Of a stretch of DNA of 35,744 bases, positions 13,207-22,263 are shown one piece after another (position 1 is the first letter of the stretch; the number at the start of each line of letters is the position of its first letter). The stretch is from assembly GCA_038213805.1 (NCBI GenBank), contig JBBQSO010000055.1:1-35744 (forward strand). Direction: 5' to 3'. The DNA comes from Planctomycetota bacterium (lineage in GTDB: Bacteria; Planctomycetota; UBA11346). Below the pieces are notes generated by a model. The model saw nothing but the letters and a program-made list of their open reading frames with translations. It was not told the origin of the DNA and searched no databases. The translations under genes were made by a program, and so were the position numbers.

Positions 13207-14124
13207 TCACCCGCCGCCATCCCCGACCAGCACCGCGATGCGACCACCCGGACGTACCCGGTACCGCCCGGCCGGCGCCCAACTGGGCTCGCCATCGAGT
13301 TGCATCGCCATGGCGGCGCCCAAATCGAGGTCGATGCCGGGGCCGCTGGCGACGCGATACGGCCGGCGCAGTCCGCTCGCCGCCATCCCCAGGGGCAGAC
13401 CGGCGGCGAGCGCGAAGAGTTCAAGCCGGCCATCGTCCGCGCGCATGTCTGCGGCCAGGCGCGCGCCGCCGGCATAACTGGGGATGCTCGCCACGACCAG
13501 CGCCGAGGCCCACCCCGGCAACGGCGGGCCGGCGCGCAACCGGCAGCTGAGGGGGCGGTGGGGCTCACGCAGGCCCAGGGCGGTGTAGAGCAGGCGATTG
13601 GCGAGCGCCGAGGGGAACCAGACGCCGTGCCGGCGGCGCAATTGATGGAAGCGCGTGGCGATGCGCGCGTCCAAGCCCAGGCTCCAATAGTTGAACCAGC
13701 CGCGCATCCCTGCCGGGCCGTGCAGCTCCCAACGGTCGAGCGGCCTGACTGGCGCGACAGCCATGCGCGCCAAGATGCGCGCCAGCGCCGCGTCGTCACC
13801 GACCCCGACCCGCCAGCCGCAGGCGCGGGCCAGATCATTGCCGGTGCCCAGGGGGATGATGCCGAGGGCCGCCGCCCCAGACCCGCCGGCGGCGTGCAGG
13901 GCATGACCGACGGCCGCAGCGGTGCCATCGCCCCCGCAAGCGACGAGGGCTGCCGGCGCGGACCCCACGCCCTCCACCATCAGACCCTGCGCCAGGGCGG
14001 CGAGATCGCAGCGCCCGAGCAGGTGCACGTCCGCCGCCCCGACACGGGCGGCGAGTCCTTCGGCCAACCACGCCCCGCGCCGGCCACCGCTGGCGGGATT
14101 GACCACGAACACCAGCCTGCGCAT
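13207..14124 (-). CDS. Diacylglycerol kinase (catalytic + accessory domain)
   Basis: FVVNPASGG, ACGGDGT, IPLGTGNDLAR, NYWSLGLDA, IPSYAGG, DDGRLE and MQLDGEP motifs. Confidence 0.9.
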   Translation of the reverse strand: MRRLVFVVNPASGGRRGAWLAEGLAARVGAADVHLLGRCDLAALAQGLMVEGVGSAPAALVACGGDGTAAAVGHALHAAGGSGAAALGIIPLGTGNDLARACGWRVGVGDDAALARILARMAVAPVRPLDRWELHGPAGMRGWFNYWSLGLDARIATRFHQLRRRHGVWFPSALANRLLYTALGLREPHRPLSCRLRAGPPLPGWASALVVASIPSYAGGARLAADMRADDGRLELFALAAGLPLGMAASGLRRPYRVASGPGIDLDLGAAMAMQLDGEPSWAPAGRYRVRPGGRIAVLVGDGGG

Positions 14125-14344
14125 GCCTGTCCGCTCTCCCGCGTGGGCAGCCTGGACATCGGCCCGGCGGGGTCAAACGGGTCCCGCACGGCACCCCCTG
14201 GCACACGGCCGCTCAGCTGCGGTTTACAGACGCCTCTCCGCGGTGTAAGGTCAGGACATGGAATCCCGCGCCCACACACCGCTTCCGTCGCCCCGCGCGG
14301 GCCGCCAGTGCTCTCCACAGGCAGACACAGGGCCTTGGCCCGCC

Positions 14345-14373
14345 TTGACTGTGGAGATCCCTCCGTTTATGAA
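14345..14373 (+). promoter_or_regulatory. Possible sigma70-type promoter for the roadblock/mglA operon
   Basis: TTGACT-N17-TATGAA in the divergent intergenic region; the -10 match is imperfect. Confidence 0.3.
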
Positions 14374-14478
14374 ACTCCGCAGATAAGCCCCTATCCCGAC
14401 CGGACCTATCCCCAAGCGCCCATCGCCGATGAGCGTTACTGACAGGTCACCCGCCCCAGCCACGAGAGGACTTCCCGG

Positions 14479-15333
14479 GTGGAATCCGAACTCGAACGCC
14501 TGCGCAAGAAGGTGGAGAACTTCCCGTCCGCCTCGGCCTACAACCGGCTGGCCGAACTGGTCAGGTCGAGCGGCGACGACGTCGGCGCCGAGCAGGCGTG
14601 CCGGCGTTGCATCAAGGAGTTCCCGCGCAACGGCCAGGCCTACGTGATCCTCGCCGAGATCGAACTCGGCGCCGGGCGCAAGGCCGAGGCGGTCAAGCAC
14701 CTGCTGAGCGCGACCGAGCGCGACAGCCGCAGCTACACCGCGCACAACCTGCTCGCCGAGCATTACATCGCCGAGCGGCAGATCGACCAGGCGCTCGCCC
14801 ATCTGCGCCACATCCTCACCTTCAAGGCCAACGATCCGGCCATTCTGCAGCGCATCGAGCAGCTGCGCCCCGCGGGCGCTGACAGCGCCGTGGCGCGTCC
14901 GGCGGTCGCACCGCGGCCCCCCACCGCCGCGCCCGGCATCACCGCGCCCGCCCGCACCGCCCAGCCCGGTACCGCCAGCCACGCCGCCAGCCGGCTTACC
15001 GGCTTGGCCGCGCTGTGTGCGGAGAGCGGCGTGCGCGGCGCGCTGGTCGCCGATGCGCGCGGCAGGGTGGTGACCAGCGCCGGCCTTGCCCCCGATGTCG
15101 AGGACCTGCTCGCCGGGCTCGCCGCCGAGATCACCGGCGCCGCGGTGCGCGCGCTGGAAGCCGCCGGCACGCCGCGCCTCGGTGTGTGGTCGCTGACCGC
15201 GGCCCAGGGCCAGATCTTCGCCTTCCGCCGCGAGGGTGACTACACCGTGGTCGCGCTTACCGAGTCGGGGGTGCGGCCGGCGATGCTCGAACTGCGTGCC
15301 CGCCAGGCGCTCCACGACCTGGGAGCGGCCTGA
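14479..15333 (+). CDS. TPR + roadblock/LC7 domain protein
   Basis: GTG start after GAGGA RBS. N-terminal ~130 aa of TPR-like repeats, Pro/Ala linker, then roadblock pattern GVRGALVADARG.V......LLAGLAA. Confidence 0.85.
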   Translation: MESELERLRKKVENFPSASAYNRLAELVRSSGDDVGAEQACRRCIKEFPRNGQAYVILAEIELGAGRKAEAVKHLLSATERDSRSYTAHNLLAEHYIAERQIDQALAHLRHILTFKANDPAILQRIEQLRPAGADSAVARPAVAPRPPTAAPGITAPARTAQPGTASHAASRLTGLAALCAESGVRGALVADARGRVVTSAGLAPDVEDLLAGLAAEITGAAVRALEAAGTPRLGVWSLTAAQGQIFAFRREGDYTVVALTESGVRPAMLELRARQALHDLGAA

Positions 15334-15335
15334 CC

Positions 15336-15683
15336 ATGCAGGAGATCCTCGTCCAACTCAACCGCGTGCGCGGCGTCGGCGGCTCGCTGCTGGTCAGCGG
15401 CGAAGGCCTGACCGTGGCCTCGGCACTGCGCGAGGGCCTCGACGAGACCCAGCTCGCCGCCACCGTGGGCGAGGTCATCGATCACGGCCAGCGGCTCTGC
15501 CAGCACCTCGCCCTGGGCGCTCCCCGCCAACTCCAGGCCGGCAGCGAACAGGGCAGCCTGCTGCTCGCCGCCGCCGGCAACGGCTGGCTGGTGGTGATCG
15601 TCGATCCCGCCGCCAACCTCGCCCTGCTCCAGCTCGAGACCAAACCCTTCATCGAACGCCTCGCCCAACGCCTCTCACTCTGA
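15336..15683 (+). CDS. Roadblock/LC7 (MglB/MglC-like) protein
   Basis: 115 aa; IL..LNRVRGVGGSLLVSGEGL.VAS...LAA, then beta-rich GSLLLAAAG..WLVVIV..ANLALL, the roadblock pattern. Confidence 0.85.
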   Translation: MQEILVQLNRVRGVGGSLLVSGEGLTVASALREGLDETQLAATVGEVIDHGQRLCQHLALGAPRQLQAGSEQGSLLLAAAGNGWLVVIVDPAANLALLQLETKPFIERLAQRLSL

Positions 15684-15726
15684 CGACAGAACGCCGGCCG
15701 CGCCCCTGCGGCCCATGGGAACAGAC

Positions 15727-17094
15727 ATGGTCCAGATTAATTTCGGTCAACGTGAAGTCAGCTGCAAAGTGGTGTTCTACGGCCCCGGCATGTCGGGAAA
15801 GACCACCAATCTCGAGATCATCCACAAGAAGGCCCCGAAAGAGGCGGTTGGCGAGATGGTGTCGATCGCGACGGAGACCGACCGCACGCTGTACTTCGAC
15901 TTCCTGCCGCTCGACCTCGGCCAGGTCGCCGGCATGCGCACCAAGTTCCAGCTCTACACCGTGCCCGGCCAGATCTACTACAACGCCACGCGCAAGCTGG
16001 TGCTGCAGGGCGTCGACGGGGTGATCTTCGTCGCCGACTCGTCGCCCGACAAGATGCCGGAGAACCTCGAGTCGCTGCAGAACCTGCGCGACAACCTCGC
16101 CGAGATGAACCTGACCATCGACGACGTGCCGCTGGTCCTGCAATACAACAAGCGCGACCTGCCGGGGGCGATGAGCATCGCCGACCTCAACGCGCAGATG
16201 AATCCGATGAACGCCCCGGTCTTCGAGGGCGTGGCGCGCGAGGGCAAGGGCGTGTTCGCCACCCTCAAGGAGATCTCGCGCCTGGTCATCGAGAAGCTCA
16301 ACAAGGACCACGCGCCGGCCGCCAACCGCCGCCGCACCAACTCGTCGCTGCCCGGCACCACCTCCACGCAGGTGCGGCCCAGCGCCCCGACGCCGGCCCC
16401 GGTCCAGCAGCCGTCGACTTCGGCCACCCCGATGGGCGGTTCGCGCACGCCGCACCGGCCCGCAGCGGTCGCGGCGCCGCCGGTACTGCCGCCGAGCCCG
16501 CGCAGCACCTTCCCGGTGCCGGCCGCACAGCCGACGTCGGCGCACGGGGCCCTCGCGCAGACGCCTGCGCCGGCACCCAGCGACAATCCGCGCGACAAGC
16601 ACCTGGCCAAGGCCAAGCCGCCGGCGCTCGACAACCTGCGGCAGGCGCCCGCGCGCCTGGACCTCGGCACCACCGATCCCAATCTCAAGCGCTACCAGCA
16701 GACTCAGCAGCCGGGTGGCGGTGGTGCTCTGCGCTCCATGCTGACCGTGCTGCTCGGGCTGATCATCGTGGTCATCGTGCTCGCCATCCTGGTGGTCTTC
16801 GTCCCGGCCGTGCGCGCACTGCTGCCGCAGGACATCCAGCGCATGTTCCTGCAGCCCGCGGCTGCCACGCCGGCCCCGGCCGCCGCGGTGGCGGCGCCGG
16901 TCGCGCCGACCGCACCGGCAGTCGCGCCGGCTGGGCCCAAGCCCGCTGCGAGCGCGCCCACTGCGGTCGCGCCGACCACGGCACCCGCCACGCCGGCCGA
17001 GACACCCGCTGCGACCGTCATCCCCGTGCCGGCGGCGCCGCCCGCGCCCGCCCTGCCCGCGACCCCGCCTGCCGAGGGCGCCAATGGTAAGTGA
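15727..17094 (+). CDS. mglA: MglA-family small GTPase with Pro/Ala-rich extension and transmembrane helix
   Basis: KVVFYGPGMSGKTTN (G1), TETDRTLYFDF (switch I with catalytic Arg), LYTVPGQ (switch II), NKRD (G4). TM-like LTVLLGLIIVVIVLAILVVFV at 16741-16803. Confidence 0.95.
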   Translation: MVQINFGQREVSCKVVFYGPGMSGKTTNLEIIHKKAPKEAVGEMVSIATETDRTLYFDFLPLDLGQVAGMRTKFQLYTVPGQIYYNATRKLVLQGVDGVIFVADSSPDKMPENLESLQNLRDNLAEMNLTIDDVPLVLQYNKRDLPGAMSIADLNAQMNPMNAPVFEGVAREGKGVFATLKEISRLVIEKLNKDHAPAANRRRTNSSLPGTTSTQVRPSAPTPAPVQQPSTSATPMGGSRTPHRPAAVAAPPVLPPSPRSTFPVPAAQPTSAHGALAQTPAPAPSDNPRDKHLAKAKPPALDNLRQAPARLDLGTTDPNLKRYQQTQQPGGGGALRSMLTVLLGLIIVVIVLAILVVFVPAVRALLPQDIQRMFLQPAAATPAPAAAVAAPVAPTAPAVAPAGPKPAASAPTAVAPTTAPATPAETPAATVIPVPAAPPAPALPATPPAEGANGK

Positions 17095-17599
17095 AAACGA
17101 CGCCCTCCGCCTGCGCCGCCTGGTCTTCTATGCCCAGGACATCGACCGCATCAACGCCGCGCTGCTGACCTTCATCAAGAAGGCCAACGCGCAGTGCGCG
17201 CTGGTCATCGACAAGGAGGGCCACATGGTCTCGCGCCAGGGCTTCTTCAAGCAGGATTCGTCCGCGCTGGCGGCGCTGGTCTCGGGCAGCTTCGCCAGCA
17301 CGCGCGAGGTCGCGCGCCTGCTCGGCGAGCCCGAGTTCCGCACCATGTTCCACCAGGGACCGGGGCAGAGCATCCACATCACCCTGATCGGCGAGCGCAC
17401 CCTGCAGGTCGCGGTGTTCCCCGCCCAGGTCAAGGCCGGCATGGCCCAGGTGCTGTGCAAGGAACTCGCCGTGCAGCTCGACGCGGTGATGGCCGACGCC
17501 GGGCGGCGCAAGCCGGATGACGCCAAGCAGGAGACGCTGGGCCAGAACTTCTCTGCCGAGATGAAGACCCAGCTCGATTCCCTGTTCGGCAACCTCTAA
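17084..17599 (+). CDS. mglB: MglB roadblock GAP
   Basis: LVFY..DI.RIN.......ANA...VIDKEG, ALAALVSGSFAST..VARLLGEPEF..MFHQG..SIHI closely follows Myxococcus/Thermus MglB, with C-terminal LDSLF helix. Overlaps the mglA stop. Confidence 0.92.
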   Translation: MVSENDALRLRRLVFYAQDIDRINAALLTFIKKANAQCALVIDKEGHMVSRQGFFKQDSSALAALVSGSFASTREVARLLGEPEFRTMFHQGPGQSIHITLIGERTLQVAVFPAQVKAGMAQVLCKELAVQLDAVMADAGRRKPDDAKQETLGQNFSAEMKTQLDSLFGNL

Positions 17600-17611
17600 A
17601 CCGGCTACGAC

Positions 17612-20600
17612 ATGGGTTTCCAAGGACAGTTGAGCTCGGTCAACCTGGCCGACATCTTCCAGACCCTGCACATGAACCGCCAGACCGGCACGCTCATCGT
17701 GACCGGTGCCGGGCAGAGCGTCGTGCACATCTATTTCGACAACGGCCAGGTCGCGGTGTGCGCGGCGGCGCCGATCGAGGGTTACGCCTTCCTGATCCAC
17801 TCGCTGCTGCGCAAGGGCATGCTCCAGGCCGACCAGGCCCAGGACCTGCAGCACCGCGTACAGACCACCGGCCAGCCGGTGCGCGACCTGCTGCTGGCCA
17901 GTGGCGCGGTCGGCGAGGGCGAGGTCGACGAGATCGCCGCGTGGTGCATCGAGGAGGTGGTCTGCCCGATCTTCGAGTGGAGCGAGGGTGACTTCACCTT
18001 CGCCGACGGCGCACCCACGGCCGCGCTGCAGTCGGTCGACGTGGTGTCGATGGGGCGCAGCGGGCTGCAGACCACCCAGCTGCTGCTCGAGGCGACGCGG
18101 CGCAAGGACGAGTGGAAGCGGATCCGCGAGGTCATCACCGACGCCAACGCGCTCTACGTGGTCGACAACGAGGGCCGCGCCAACCTGCGCAACATCCAGA
18201 CCGACGCCGAGATCCTCAAGGTGCTGCGTTATCTCGACGGACGCCACCGCCTGGATGACATCGCCTCGGCGGTCGGGGTGACGCGCTTCGACACCTTCGC
18301 CATCGCCGCGCAGCTGGTGCTGGCCGGGGTGGCGCGGCCGCGCACACCGCAGGAGCTGGTCGCCGACGCCGACGCGCTGCGCCGCACCGGCGAACTCGAC
18401 ACCGCGCGCGCGCTGCTCGAAAGCGTGCTGCCGGCGGCCAACGTCCCCGAAGTCATCCGCCCGCTCGCCGAGATCAACGCCGAGCTCAAGAACGCGCCGC
18501 GCGCGGTCGAACTCTACCTCGAGCTCATCCAGCTCGCCCAGGACCAGGGCAATCTCGAGCAGGCGCGCGCCGACCTCGACACCGTGCTGAGCCTGTCGCC
18601 CGACGACCCCGACCTGCAGTTCGACCGCGCCAAGGTGCTCAGCGAGCTCGGTCACATGGAGGACGCCGCAGCGGCCTACGTCGCCGCCGCCCAGGCCTTC
18701 CTCGCCACGCGCGACACCGAACGCGCCATCGACGCCTGCCACCGCGCCAAGAACCTGGTGCCCAAGAACCCCGATCCGCACCGCTATCTGGCCAAGGCCT
18801 ACCTGATGACCGGGCAGACCGAGAACGCGCTGGTCGAGTACCGCGCGCTGTGGCACGCCCTGCTCACCAGCCTGCGCCCGCGCCGCGCCATCGAGGTGCT
18901 GCGCGAAACTCTCGAGGCCGACTGCCGCTTCGCCAACGTCAAGGAGCAGGTCCTCAACCAGGCGCTGAATTCCGAGGCGGTCAAGACCAGCAAGGCCACC
19001 CGCGTGCTGGTCTACGTGGTGATGGGCCTGGCCCTGGCCGGGGCCGCGGTGCTGGGGGTCGAATACTGGACGCGGATCCTGCGCGTGCGCGGCGCCGGTG
19101 AGGCGGTCGCCACCTTCGAGGCGACCAAGGGCGAGCGCCAGCGCGCCGGCCAGCACCTTGACCTGCAGCGCGAGATCGACGCCCTGCGCAAGCAGTACGG
19201 CGAGATCCCGCAGGTCGCCGAGCACCTCAGCCAGATCTCGGCCGAGATCGCCAAGGACTTCGAGAGCCTCGCCCAGCGCCAGCTCGAGACCGCCGCGACC
19301 CTGGCCGATGGCGGACAGTTCGCGAAGGCCATCGCCACCGTCACCGACCTCAAGCAGCGCTACCCGGGCACGCCCGCCGCGGCCGGGGCCGACGCGCGCA
19401 TCGAGGCACTGCGCCAACAGCAGATCGGCACCCAGGTGGTGGCGGTCGCCGACGAGGCGCGCCGGCGCTGGGACGCCGACGACTGGGACGGCGCGACCGC
19501 CCAGCTTGCCGAGGTGCTCAAGACCGGCGAGCTGCCCACCGACGTCCGCACCAAGCTGGGCGCCACCGCCGCCGATTGGAACGCGGCGCTGCACAGTGCG
19601 CAGCGCCTGGGCGAACGTGCCGCGCGTCTGGAACAGGGCGGCCACCTGCGCGAGGCGATCGCGGGCTACCGCCGCGCCGGCGCCGCCGAGGGCGAGCCGT
19701 TCGCCGCCCAGGCGCGCGAGAAACAGGGCGTGCTCGAGCTGCGCCTGGCCCACGACCTTGATCACGCCGCCCAGCAGGCCTTCGCGCGCGGCGACGACAA
19801 GACCGCCTTCGCCCAGCTCGACGAGCTCGCTGCTCTGGCGAAGAGCGCGGGCGGCAGGGTCAGCGAATTCACCGCGACCGTGAAGATCCCCTTCACCGTC
19901 ACTGTCGACAGCCCGCTGACCCGGCTGGTGGTCAAGCGCCCCGGGATGGCGGACCAGACCTTCCGCGCACCTGCCGGCAGCACCACCACGTGGAAGCAGC
20001 GCATCGACTACCTGCCGGCCGAGACCCTGACCGTCGAGGCGCGCCGCGCTGGCTTCAGCCCGGTGACCCTGGCGATCGCCGCGGCCGCGCGCAAGGCGCA
20101 GGCGACGGTAGCCCTCAGCCGCGGCAGCCTGTGGCAGAGCGAACTCGGCGCGGTGGCGACCACCATGCCGGTGGCGGTCGGCAAATACATCCTGCTCGCC
20201 ACCGACAAGGCCACCATCGAGGTCGTCGACACCGGTCTGGGCGCGAGCAAGCCGGTGCTCTTCCCGCAGACCGTCGACGAGTTCAAGAGCGCGCCGCTGG
20301 TCTTCCAGAACCTCGCCTACAGCGTTCTGGACAACCGCCTGTCCTGCGTCGACGTGGCGACGCGCACCATCCTCTGGACGTTTCCGCCGCAGGCGCAGCC
20401 CAGCGCGCTGCACCTGACCGGCGGGCTGTGGGTGCAGGAGCACGAGCTCATCCCCGGCGTGGTCCTGGCCTTCGCCGGCGGGGCGGGCGGCGAGCTGCTG
20501 ACGTGGGCCTATGCCAACGGCAAATTCACGCCGTACCCGAAGATCGCCCTGGGCGGCGACCTCACCGGCGCGCTGTTCGGCGACCAGTTCGAGCCCAACC

Positions 20601-21199
20601 ACACCATCCTCTATGCGCCGACCGGCACGCAGATCACCGCCTACGACACCACCGCGGCCACCGAGCACACCGCCGCCACCCTGCTGTCGACCTTCCACAC
20701 CCGTGGCGAGGTGGTCGGACGCATGGTGCGCGCATCCGTCGCCGGCCGGCCGGCGCTGCTGGCGATCGACGCCTCGGGCCTGCTGGTCGCCATCGACGGC
20801 AACCCGTCCGCGCCGGAGGGCAAGCGCGCACTCGGCTCGTGGGCGGTCGAAGGCAGCGGCACCGGCGCCCCGGTCGTCGCCGGTGAAACCGCTTACGTCG
20901 CGGTCACCGAAGGCAAACTGACCGCGGTCGACCTCACCCGGCCCGGGCAGCTGCGCTGGCGCTTCCCGGCGACCGGCGCGATCGGTGGACTGAGCGGGGC
21001 CCCGGCGCTCGGCCAGCGCGGCCTCTACCTGGCCGACGCCAACGGCACCCTGCACTGCATCGACGCGCAGAGCGGCGCCGAGCGCTGGCACGCCGATCTG
21101 GGCTCGCCGGCCACCGCCGGCATCGTCGCCGCCGAGGGCAAGGTCTACATCCCCCTGCGCAACGGCACCCTGACCTGCTTCGAGGAGGGCGCGGAATAG
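17612..21199 (+). CDS. DUF4388 (PATAN-like)-TPR-TM-TPR-PQQ/BamB-like beta-propeller protein
   Basis: FQGQLSSVNLADIFQTL...TGTL..IYFDNG..IFEWSEGDFTF (DUF4388); multiple TPRs; hydrophobic helix at ~19004-19060; C-terminal propeller repeats (LSCVDVAT...LW, LTAVD...LRWRF, LHCIDAQSGAERW). Confidence 0.88.
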   Translation: MGFQGQLSSVNLADIFQTLHMNRQTGTLIVTGAGQSVVHIYFDNGQVAVCAAAPIEGYAFLIHSLLRKGMLQADQAQDLQHRVQTTGQPVRDLLLASGAVGEGEVDEIAAWCIEEVVCPIFEWSEGDFTFADGAPTAALQSVDVVSMGRSGLQTTQLLLEATRRKDEWKRIREVITDANALYVVDNEGRANLRNIQTDAEILKVLRYLDGRHRLDDIASAVGVTRFDTFAIAAQLVLAGVARPRTPQELVADADALRRTGELDTARALLESVLPAANVPEVIRPLAEINAELKNAPRAVELYLELIQLAQDQGNLEQARADLDTVLSLSPDDPDLQFDRAKVLSELGHMEDAAAAYVAAAQAFLATRDTERAIDACHRAKNLVPKNPDPHRYLAKAYLMTGQTENALVEYRALWHALLTSLRPRRAIEVLRETLEADCRFANVKEQVLNQALNSEAVKTSKATRVLVYVVMGLALAGAAVLGVEYWTRILRVRGAGEAVATFEATKGERQRAGQHLDLQREIDALRKQYGEIPQVAEHLSQISAEIAKDFESLAQRQLETAATLADGGQFAKAIATVTDLKQRYPGTPAAAGADARIEALRQQQIGTQVVAVADEARRRWDADDWDGATAQLAEVLKTGELPTDVRTKLGATAADWNAALHSAQRLGERAARLEQGGHLREAIAGYRRAGAAEGEPFAAQAREKQGVLELRLAHDLDHAAQQAFARGDDKTAFAQLDELAALAKSAGGRVSEFTATVKIPFTVTVDSPLTRLVVKRPGMADQTFRAPAGSTTTWKQRIDYLPAETLTVEARRAGFSPVTLAIAAAARKAQATVALSRGSLWQSELGAVATTMPVAVGKYILLATDKATIEVVDTGLGASKPVLFPQTVDEFKSAPLVFQNLAYSVLDNRLSCVDVATRTILWTFPPQAQPSALHLTGGLWVQEHELIPGVVLAFAGGAGGELLTWAYANGKFTPYPKIALGGDLTGALFGDQFEPNHTILYAPTGTQITAYDTTAATEHTAATLLSTFHTRGEVVGRMVRASVAGRPALLAIDASGLLVAIDGNPSAPEGKRALGSWAVEGSGTGAPVVAGETAYVAVTEGKLTAVDLTRPGQLRWRFPATGAIGGLSGAPALGQRGLYLADANGTLHCIDAQSGAERWHADLGSPATAGIVAAEGKVYIPLRNGTLTCFEEGAE

Positions 21200-21500
21200 G
21201 CGCGAGCGGAGTGGTCGTGTGCGGTCCGCGGACCGGGCGCGAGCGTCGATCAACAGCGGTCGCAGGCAGCCCGGGCCGGCCGGTGGAAAGACGCGGCACC
21301 AGCTGGCGTCAGCACCAGTGCGAAACGGTCGCTGACCTACCGTTCCATGTCCGGTTCCAGGCGGTTGTGGCGTCACTCGCCGAAATCATCCAGTTTGGCC
21401 GCCTTGGCCGCCCGTCCATGTCGGATATTCCGCCTTCCAGCCTGCAACACTCTCTTGAAGCTAGGGTACCCTCTCCATGGAATCATCACCGGGACCAGCC

Positions 21501-22124
21501 ATGCGCCGCGGCTTCACCCTCATCGAATTGCTGGTGGTCATCACCGTCATCGCGATCCTCGCGGGGCTGCTCATCCCGCTGATCTCGATCGCGCTGCAGA
21601 AGGCGCGCGAGGCCAAGTGCCAGGCGAAGATCGCCAACATCAGCGCGGCAATCAACAAGTACCGGGACGCGAACGGGGTGGTGCCGGACCGCATCAACGC
21701 CAACGCCTTCGCCGGCAGCACCAGCATTCAGGCCGCAGACCTGCCGGTGGTCGGTCAGGGGTACCAGGATATCTTCTCCTCCGGAGCCACGCCGAAGACC
21801 GTCGACCAGCTCAGCGAGAGCGAATGGGAGAGCATCGGCAAGAACATCGTCGCCCAGCTCGGCACCGTCGATCGCGACAATTTCAAGACGCTCGACGACT
21901 TCCGCGACCCGTTCGGCGCGGGCATCAAGTCCAAGGTCTTCCGCTATCGGCCGGCGCGCTTCTATTCGCTGCAGATCACCGGCAACGCCAGTACACCGCT
22001 TACGTATCCCGACTCGGATGACCCGCCCAACCCCGACACCTTCCAGCTGTGGTCGGTCGGCGCGAACGGTAAGGACGAGTACGGCAGCGCCGACGATCTG
22101 CCGAACTGGAAGAAGAAGAAGTAG
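21501..22124 (+). CDS. Prepilin-type protein, GspG-like (pseudo)pilin
   Basis: MRRG|FTLIELLVVI class III signal with E5; DPFG..FRY and FQLWSVGANG...DDLPNW GspG-like C-terminus. Confidence 0.92.
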   Translation: MRRGFTLIELLVVITVIAILAGLLIPLISIALQKAREAKCQAKIANISAAINKYRDANGVVPDRINANAFAGSTSIQAADLPVVGQGYQDIFSSGATPKTVDQLSESEWESIGKNIVAQLGTVDRDNFKTLDDFRDPFGAGIKSKVFRYRPARFYSLQITGNASTPLTYPDSDDPPNPDTFQLWSVGANGKDEYGSADDLPNWKKKK

Positions 22125-22263
22125 CATGACCGCGGCCCGGCGCAGCGGAGCGGGCGTCGGCATGGGCGGGAATCCCGGCACGTACGGGCCGCACGCGAGG
22201 GCCCCGCTCATGCAGCGGTGCGCTGCGACCCGCCCACCAGCGGCCACCCCCTGCCAGCACCCG

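Noticed and set aside
17018..21376. 1452-aa minus-strand ORF
   Set aside because: Antisense shadow of mglB and the DUF4388 gene; stop-poor reverse frames are expected in high-GC coding DNA and it has no motifs.
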